A program made the position numbers and the translations under genes. A DNA stretch of 64,000 bases from the human T2T-CHM13v2.0 reference genome, Homo sapiens: assembly GCF_009914755.1 (NCBI RefSeq), contig NC_060942.1. The stretch is one strand, 5' to 3'. Under the pieces are notes generated by a model. The model made no database searches and had not been told where the DNA came from. It saw only the letters and a list, made by a program, of their open reading frames with translations. Of this stretch, positions 56,163 to 64,000 are shown piece after piece (position 1 is the stretch's first letter; each line of letters starts with the position of its first letter).

Positions 56163-57618
56163 CCCTTGAGGACTTCATTCATACTATAACCTAGGCCGAA
56201 AAGCCCTTCCCACTTTTCCTTAAATAGACAACTTGCCTTCATCTGTCAAGACTAGTTGAAGGGTCATCCCTACCAGGAAGCCTTGATTGAATCCTTAGGT
56301 GAAGCTACAAGCTCTGGAGCTGCATGGCACCTTCCTGCCTGTGAAGAGCTTTCCCTCATCTGTTAGTGTTTGACTACCTCTATTTACCCTAAGTTCTTCG
56401 AGAGCAGAGCTGGTTTCTTACTTACTTTGAGACTCTTAGTGCCTTGGGCAGTAACTGGCTCAGAATAAGCCTGTGACCAATATTGGATAAACTTAAAGCA
56501 CAGAAATTAGACCATCCATGTTGAATGAGGCTCCTGGAAATCTTAGGCAGACAGGAGGAGGAATGGTTGTTGAGGAGGGAGGGAGTGGTAGTGGGGAGGG
56601 GCAGCGCCCTGAGTCTTTGGTGCCAGAGATCTGGATCTTATTGCAAGACCACTAGGGCTTTTGGGGCCACTGGCAGGGGACTCACAAGTTTGCACCAGTT
56701 GATTTCGGCCGAAGCCTTTTTCAGAAATGCACATTTTGTGAATTAGTAAAAATTTGCCACAAAGGGAACTCATTTGCCATCTGACATCTGGGAAATTCTG
56801 CTACATAGCTAACTTGCACAGAAGACATAGACTTCATAATGTGGTAGAAATCAGTATAGCAAAATTGTCAGGGGTCTTTAGGGAGTAATATTAATCTCCC
56901 CATGCAGTCTTTTTTCATAAAATCTCTTTGCAGTAAAGACAAGACCTCATGGTGGTAAGCATGTCCTTTAAAGATTAAATGAGGATCAGTGACCCTTGAG
57001 TTTGGTTAGAAAATAATAATATATTTTTAAGTCTAGTATGAGCAAAAAGATTTGATGTGCCCTTTAAGAACATAAAGATGGAAAAATTGCCACCAACCTA
57101 ATTATTTCCACCATTGTTTAGCCTGCTATTCACATACATCAGAGGAAAGGGGAAAATTTTGAGGGTCAAATCTTTGAACCAGACTCTTTTCTCTCTTTCA
57201 AGAACATACTGAACCCAAACTACATGCTCTTTTCTGATCATGACCTTTGATCAACAGATTTTCACAAGACGCTAAACATTTGGGGTGAAGTGAAACGTTC
57301 TTGCATTCACTTAACAGAAATGCTTTTTTAGTTGGTGTGCAGAGATTTATTTTTGAAGTCTGGACTGCTTGCTTTGTTTTGAACTGCTTGCTTATTTCCC
57401 CATTAGAGGCTCATGGTATTGTTCCATTTAGCACCGCCTTCTCTGCCTTGTCGGGAGTGCATTCCTGCTTTCCTGGCTCCTGCTGAAGCTTCCCTGGAAA
57501 GCTCTCCTCACCTGTCCCAGGTTTCCACCAATTCTGTGGTCACCAGATCTCTTCCCCAGTATTGTGAGTCAAACAGCGGAGTTGTGGTATGTCAGGAGGC
57601 ACAGCACTAGCATCCTAA

Positions 57619-57935
<317 letters not shown>

Positions 57936-58109
57936 CCTTCTGCACATTCTTACTTTGTGATCTCCCTTACCTAATCCTTTCCGGCCCCATTTCTGAGCAA
58001 TGTAAGGCTAGAAACAGCCAAGGTTTTTCTCGCCAGCAGAGTCTGAAGAAGGCTTTATCTTACCAAGGCCTGCTAGGTTTTGTTTTGTTTGTTTTCTTTG
58101 TGGGCTTGA

Positions 58110-58224
58110 GGCCTAGCACTGTGGCTCATGCCTGTAATTCCAGCACTTTGGGAGGCTCAGGCAGGAGGATCGCTTGAGCCCAAGAATTCAAGGCCAGCCT
58201 GGGCAACATAGCAAGAAAAAAAAA
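58110..58224 (+). mobile_element. Alu left monomer (FLAM-like)
   Basis: GGAGGATCGCTTGAGCCCA..GCCTGGGCAACATAGCAAGA then A tract. Confidence 0.88.
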
Positions 58225-58280
58225 GAAGACTTGAAGACTTAGGTAGTTTTCATATAAATTATCACAATCTTTTTAGAATA

Positions 58281-58649
58281 CAGACAGTCCCTGGTTTAGG
58301 ATAGTTTGACTTAGATGTTTCTTGAATTTACAATGGTGCAAAAGTGATATGCATTTAGTAGAAACCATACTTCCAATATCCACACAATCATCCTGTTTTT
58401 CACTTTCAGTACAGTATTTAATAAATTACATAAAGTATTCAATGTTATTTTATAATAAATTAGCTTTGTGTTAGATGATTTTATCCAACCGCTCACTAAT
58501 GTAAGTGTTCTGAACACTTTTAAGGTAGGCTAGGATAAGTTATGATGTTCAAAAGGTTAGATGTATTAAGTGCATTTTTGACTTACAATATTTTCTACAT
58601 AGAATGGGTTTATTGGGATGTAACCCCACCATAAGTCAAGGAGCATCTG
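58281..58649 (-). mobile_element. MER47A-like Tigger-derived MITE
   Basis: TA|CAGA...TCTG|TA termini; ~370 bp; GGGTTTATTGGGATGTAACCCC..TAAGTCAAGGAGCATCTG. Confidence 0.85.
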
Positions 58650-61356
58650 TATACTTTTGTACTTTTATATTTCCCTTTACTTCTATAAATACCTCAATTT
58701 GCTTTTTCAAGACAAAGAAAATAACTAAGAAAGGGAAAGATGTATTTGTCTACCTTATAAAGACATTTTTATTAAATCAATCTATTAGTCTAAAACTTAT
58801 CAAATAATCCTGTGTGTAGTGTAATTTATAATTAACAAGATTAAATGAGTTTTTCTAGAACTGGTGAATCTACTGAATGTGGTGATTGCTGCTTTTAAAT
58901 TTAAGTAAATTATTTTGCTGTAGTATTTTTTTTCTTAAAGCAGAAATAATAAATATAAAGGCCTTTGGGTCAGACGCTGCTCTGACTCAGACAGCAATTT
59001 ATGCTACACAATGAAATGGTTTTTGTTGACATAGAAGAGTTATAATTTTGCTTTGGTTTTGCAAATAAAAAGCCACCAATTTCTCCAGAAGTTCTTGTCA
59101 CGATATTAGTTACATGTTGCTATTTTCTTAAAACCCATCAGAGAAACAATTTTAATTGTTTTTTAAATGGAGGATTAACAAAAAGATTCAGGCCCAGGCA
59201 AGTGTTCTTTTCTATAATGCTATAGTAATGACAAAAGTCTAGAGTATTTAGAAATATTTAAAAGTATGAATGGACGCCCTGGAAAAACTGCCTTCATTGA
59301 CAACTGAGTTAATTATAGTAGTTCTGTTATTCAAAGCTCTATTATTTGGCTGTAAAAATCATTGTAGGTTAAAAATGGACTCACATTAGCTTCCCTATAG
59401 GTATAATATTTTACATACTTTAAAAAAGACTTGATTCTTTTCCAAATCCAATGATACAAATACTCAAAAATAATATGTACACTCAAAATAGTTATTCTGC
59501 GACATGAAATCTGAGTTGTTTATATTTTAGATATTGTAATATTTTTATTTCAAATTTTAAAAAACAACTCAGTAGAATTAGGTGCCCATAATAGAAATAT
59601 ATTAGGTAAGCATAGTTGAATGTGCATTTCATAAATTTTATTTTAAAAGAATCCTGGCTAGTCTGTGTCTTTCGTTTTCTACGCAGCTCTCTGGGAGACC
59701 AGAATGTGGCTATCATGGAGCCCTTCAATTTTAACAGAGATCCTTTCTCTATAACTAATTCAACGCATGGCTATATGGGTAATTTTGAACAAGTGGATCT
59801 TTCTCCAACCTGAAAGGCTGCCAGGACAAAGAGGGAGTGAGAAAAAGAGGGTTTCAAAAGGAGTCATAGAGACCACAAAATAATCACGAAGCACTTCTGT
59901 ATTGCCACAGTCTCCTTACAGAAGTGCATTGAGAGGTGGTGATATGGAACAGAGAGGACACATCATTGCAATAAAATACTCTATAATACCTGGGAAAAGA
60001 GTTCGAAATGATTTTGTCTTCAAACAGAACACCAAAACTGTAGGAAGTATGACTATGTCTGCTGGTGAGGAATATTTAAAGAATTATTATAGCTCCCTTC
60101 ATTATGTTTCAGATATTCACGTCACAGTGAAATATGAAATATTAGAAATATAAGACTAGAAATATAAAGTAGAAACTGTCATTTCAACTTTTATATATCA
60201 CATTTAATGAAAAAAACCTTTCAGCCAAATATTACATTATGCAAGTGCATAAATTATTATTAGTTACTCTGAATTTAGATATGACTATTTTATTGAATCC
60301 AATGTGTCAGAATAAATTATTAAAGCGGGCTCAATCTTTCAGGCCTGTGAAATCCTCATGAATGGAATACATTCTGAGTCATAGCATAGTAGTAATACTG
60401 CAGTAAGTGGAAGGAAGTTTTGATTTTGCAAATGGCAATGGAAATCCTTTCATAGAACCCATGAAAATGAAAACAATCTCAATGAATTAAGACAGTTTAA
60501 AATATGTACTGTATCTGTTAAATTTCAGTTAAAAAGAAAACTAAACAAGTAATAACTGAGAATATGGCAAGGGGCGATTCCTGGGAGTAAAGTCAAAACC
60601 TTATTTATAACAGGGCCAGGTGAGACACAGGGTAATTTGGTTCTGAGTCCAGACATTTGATCTGATGTTGCTTAAATATTCCTTGTCAAAGAGAAAATTG
60701 ATGCTAGATCCTGGAGCCTGGCTGAGCCCACAAATGGGGATCCAATGGGAATACATCGCCAGAAGATGGAATTCTATAACAAACGTTCTACAGTTTTAGT
60801 ATGTGTCTCTTTATGATGTCAGTTAGGCTGAGTGTAAGTGGAGTAAGTAATATGTTAGAAATAAGATTTAATACAAGAGGCAAGACCAGGTCAGGGATGC
60901 TTTGGAATTCATTCATTCATTTTCAAGCATTTTACATGTGTATGAAAATGCGAATTTTAAAGAATTATCTACACATGAAGTTGAAAAGAGACACCTATTG
61001 AAAGAACCCAAAGAGGAAAATCATGTTAGAGGGACAGTTTATGAGAATTTTTTAGTAGTAGAATGATTTTGGTGATTAGAATCGGAGTACACTTGGGAAA
61101 CTGTTACAGTGTTTCCAATTCAGGTGTGGCATGATAATATCTTGAAATTTTAACTGTGTTTGCTTTTCTACACATCCTTCTACTTCATTTTCCTCTATTC
61201 AGTCAGAGGTTTTAAGGAAAATGAGAATGACTAAGGCAGGTTTGCAAAGAACCATCAATGTTAAGTTTTTGAGATGTAAAACAGATTTTGAAACTTGTTA
61301 AAAGTCAATAGTCTTGCAAGTTAAGGGGGCTTTAATGACAAGCATGGTCATTCTTA

Positions 61357-61717
<361 letters not shown>

Positions 61718-62172
61718 GTCTATGTGTAATAAGTAATGGCTCAGGGGCCTGAAAACTTGACCTACCACCCTGTCCACTCCTAAGATGAATTACTGGTAAG
61801 TAAAGATAATTGAAACTCCATGTAGTTGGGGGGAATTGAGAGAAAAGATGCATTACCCAGGTTCCAGTCAATAGTAGAAAGAATCCAAGCCTTTAGGGAA
61901 ACTGTGTTGGCCATGGAACGTAGGCAGTAAAGTCGAAGTGGCTAGAAAAGAGCATCCAGAGTATCCCAAGCTCTGAGCAGGCACAAGAGGGTGGGAAACC
62001 AGGCACTGTGGTCAGGCTAAGGAGGGAGCAGGATGACCACAGAGATGGCTGGTGAGCAGGAGAAGACATTCCAGCCATGGACAGGATGAGTTGGGAGCCA
62101 CAAAACCAAAGCTCAGCAATGCCAGTACATCTCCTCAGAAACCAAGGTGGGTGGTTGCTGATGCCTTCAGAC

Positions 62173-62349
62173 CAGTGCTTCTCAAAGGCATAATCACCTG
62201 GAGGCCTTGTTAAAGCACAGATGACTCGGCCCCTCAGCCAGAGTTTCTGATTCAGTGGGTCTGGGGTGGAGCCTGAGGATTTGCATTTCTAACAATTTCT
62301 TGGGCAGTTCTGACGTTGCTGGCCACGGACGTCACTTTGAAAAGCACTG
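62173..62349. mobile_element. MER5A/B hAT MITE
   Basis: TIRs CAGTGCTTCTCAAA / TTTGAAAAGCACTG; GTTTCTGATTCAGT.GGTCTGGGGTGG. Confidence 0.88.
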
Positions 62350-62828
62350 TCCTAGACCAAATAGTCTAAGATGGTACCCACACCCTGCTTGCCACCCTTC
62401 TGCACACATTCCCAGAACTTAAATGGCCCCTGGGGAGAAGTGAGAGAGGAAGAGAAAACACATCCTGATAGCCTGAGAAGTCACCCAAAATAGACGGTGT
62501 TTACACCCAAAAGTGCTAAGTAATCACCAGTTTGAGTGAAGGAACCTTGACTGCCACAAAAATTTACCAACAGCAGAAATTAGGGCTTGAGGGCTAAGTT
62601 CAGTCCAGTTGAAGAGAAAGAAATTGACCAGGTGCACACCTAAGTCTAATTTATTACTATGAAAATTAGTATCCAGTCTATACTAAATTTAGCACAGTTT
62701 GTACTCAATATTAGAACAAATGCTGAACTAAATTTTAAATACAAGTTTAGGACTCCGGGAAAGGAAACATCCTGAAAGGATGTTTTTGTGCTTTGTTACA
62801 CTAAATCTTTCTTCTAAATAGTTTGAAC

Positions 62829-62973
<145 letters not shown>

Positions 62974-64000
62974 TAACCTGCCTAGAAGTAAGATGTTTCT
63001 GTAGCCGCAGCACCACCATTATACTACTCATCCTCTGGGCCTCTTCAAAGAACAGAGAAAACAGGAGCTATGTCTGAGTGGATAGCCCTTCTGAGAACTA
63101 TGAGAAGGCAGAACATCTGTGTGCTTGGAACACTACTCCCACATTCCCAGTTCTCCATCTGGGCCCCTGCACGAACAGACTTAGTGCCCCTTTTATGATT
63201 CGCTCAGGGGCCTCACGCACCGACAGCAAATAACAATGTTCAGTCTGCAGTGAAGTGGGATTCTCTCTTTTCAAGGGTCCAGTGTAAAAAGTAAGAGCCC
63301 GTCAGATGGCATCTTTACTTAGACAGCTGGTAGGGTTTGGCTCTTCAGTTTTGCACTGGTTTGGCCCAAAATTGAATTGTGCATCTTTGCTTTTTGCATT
63401 TTCTCTATGCTGACAAGATCTATGTCAGTAATTTATAACTCTCACCAAAGCTGAGTGCACATTTATGAGATTTAGCTGAAATTAATCTATTATGTGTTAT
63501 CTAATGTCCCCACATCTTTCAGCCTCTTGAAGTCAACTGTTTCTTTGATACATGAGCCTCCATCCCGAGTAACTGATGGAAAACCAATGACTTCCTCACT
63601 ATTCCAGGGATTCTCCAGCGGGTGCAGAGTATATATGCCTAATACGTGGTATTGTCCACACTTCTTACTCTGAACTCCAACTCACGGCCCCCACACACAT
63701 GTTGCTGTTTTATCTGTGCACTACCATTCTGTACTCCTCACACTTCATTCAAAGCACAGACAGAACATCTTGTAGACATTTTTAAAACCACTATTAACCC
63801 ATTCAATTTATCCATTTGTTTTCCTATTGAGCACTAATATGTGGCAGCTGAAGTTTTACAAAACAGCACTGAAAAAAATCAGCTTAGTTTACTGTTGTAA
63901 TTTCTACAGTGTATGGAGGTTTTCTAAAACGTAGGGGGCTAATGAACTAGGGTTGCAGCCGGAAGCAATAAGCCACTTGCTCCGGCCTATCAGTATCAGA

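Noticed and set aside
63958-63986. Imperfect hairpin GCCGGAAGCAA..TTGCTCCGGC with an ETS-like core
   Set aside because: Short, at the window edge, no supporting context

Overview
Primate (human-type) genomic DNA holding the 5' end of CDH2 (N-cadherin) on the minus strand. Coding exon 1 (37963-38022, [20 protein letters not shown]) lies in a ~3.2 kb CpG island, followed by a 29,251-bp intron 1 and the 112-bp exon 2 (8600-8711, [37 protein letters not shown]). Positions 1-8599 are the start of intron 2, and ~39.5-64 kb is repeat-rich upstream DNA. The rest is ordinary interspersed repeat (Alu, L1, L2, MIR, MaLR/ERV1 LTRs, hAT and Tigger elements); no other ORF in the track is a credible gene. 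The most interesting element is a 24 x 22-bp intron-1 minisatellite (17320-17849). Its unit is an imperfect steroid-receptor element (GGTACAnnnTGTCAC) overlapped by ZEB-type and TEAD/p53-like motifs, with five variant unit types, so it may be a copy-number-tunable enhancer. Also notable: two templated-insertion scars (53 bp inverted, 72 bp direct), a solo poly(A) retro-insertion, duplicated perfect splice donors, candidate alternative first exons, a 5'UTR CCG repeat and close inverted Alu pairs. Repeat subfamily calls come from recalled consensus features, not from a search. Nothing here demonstrates a wholly new biological system.
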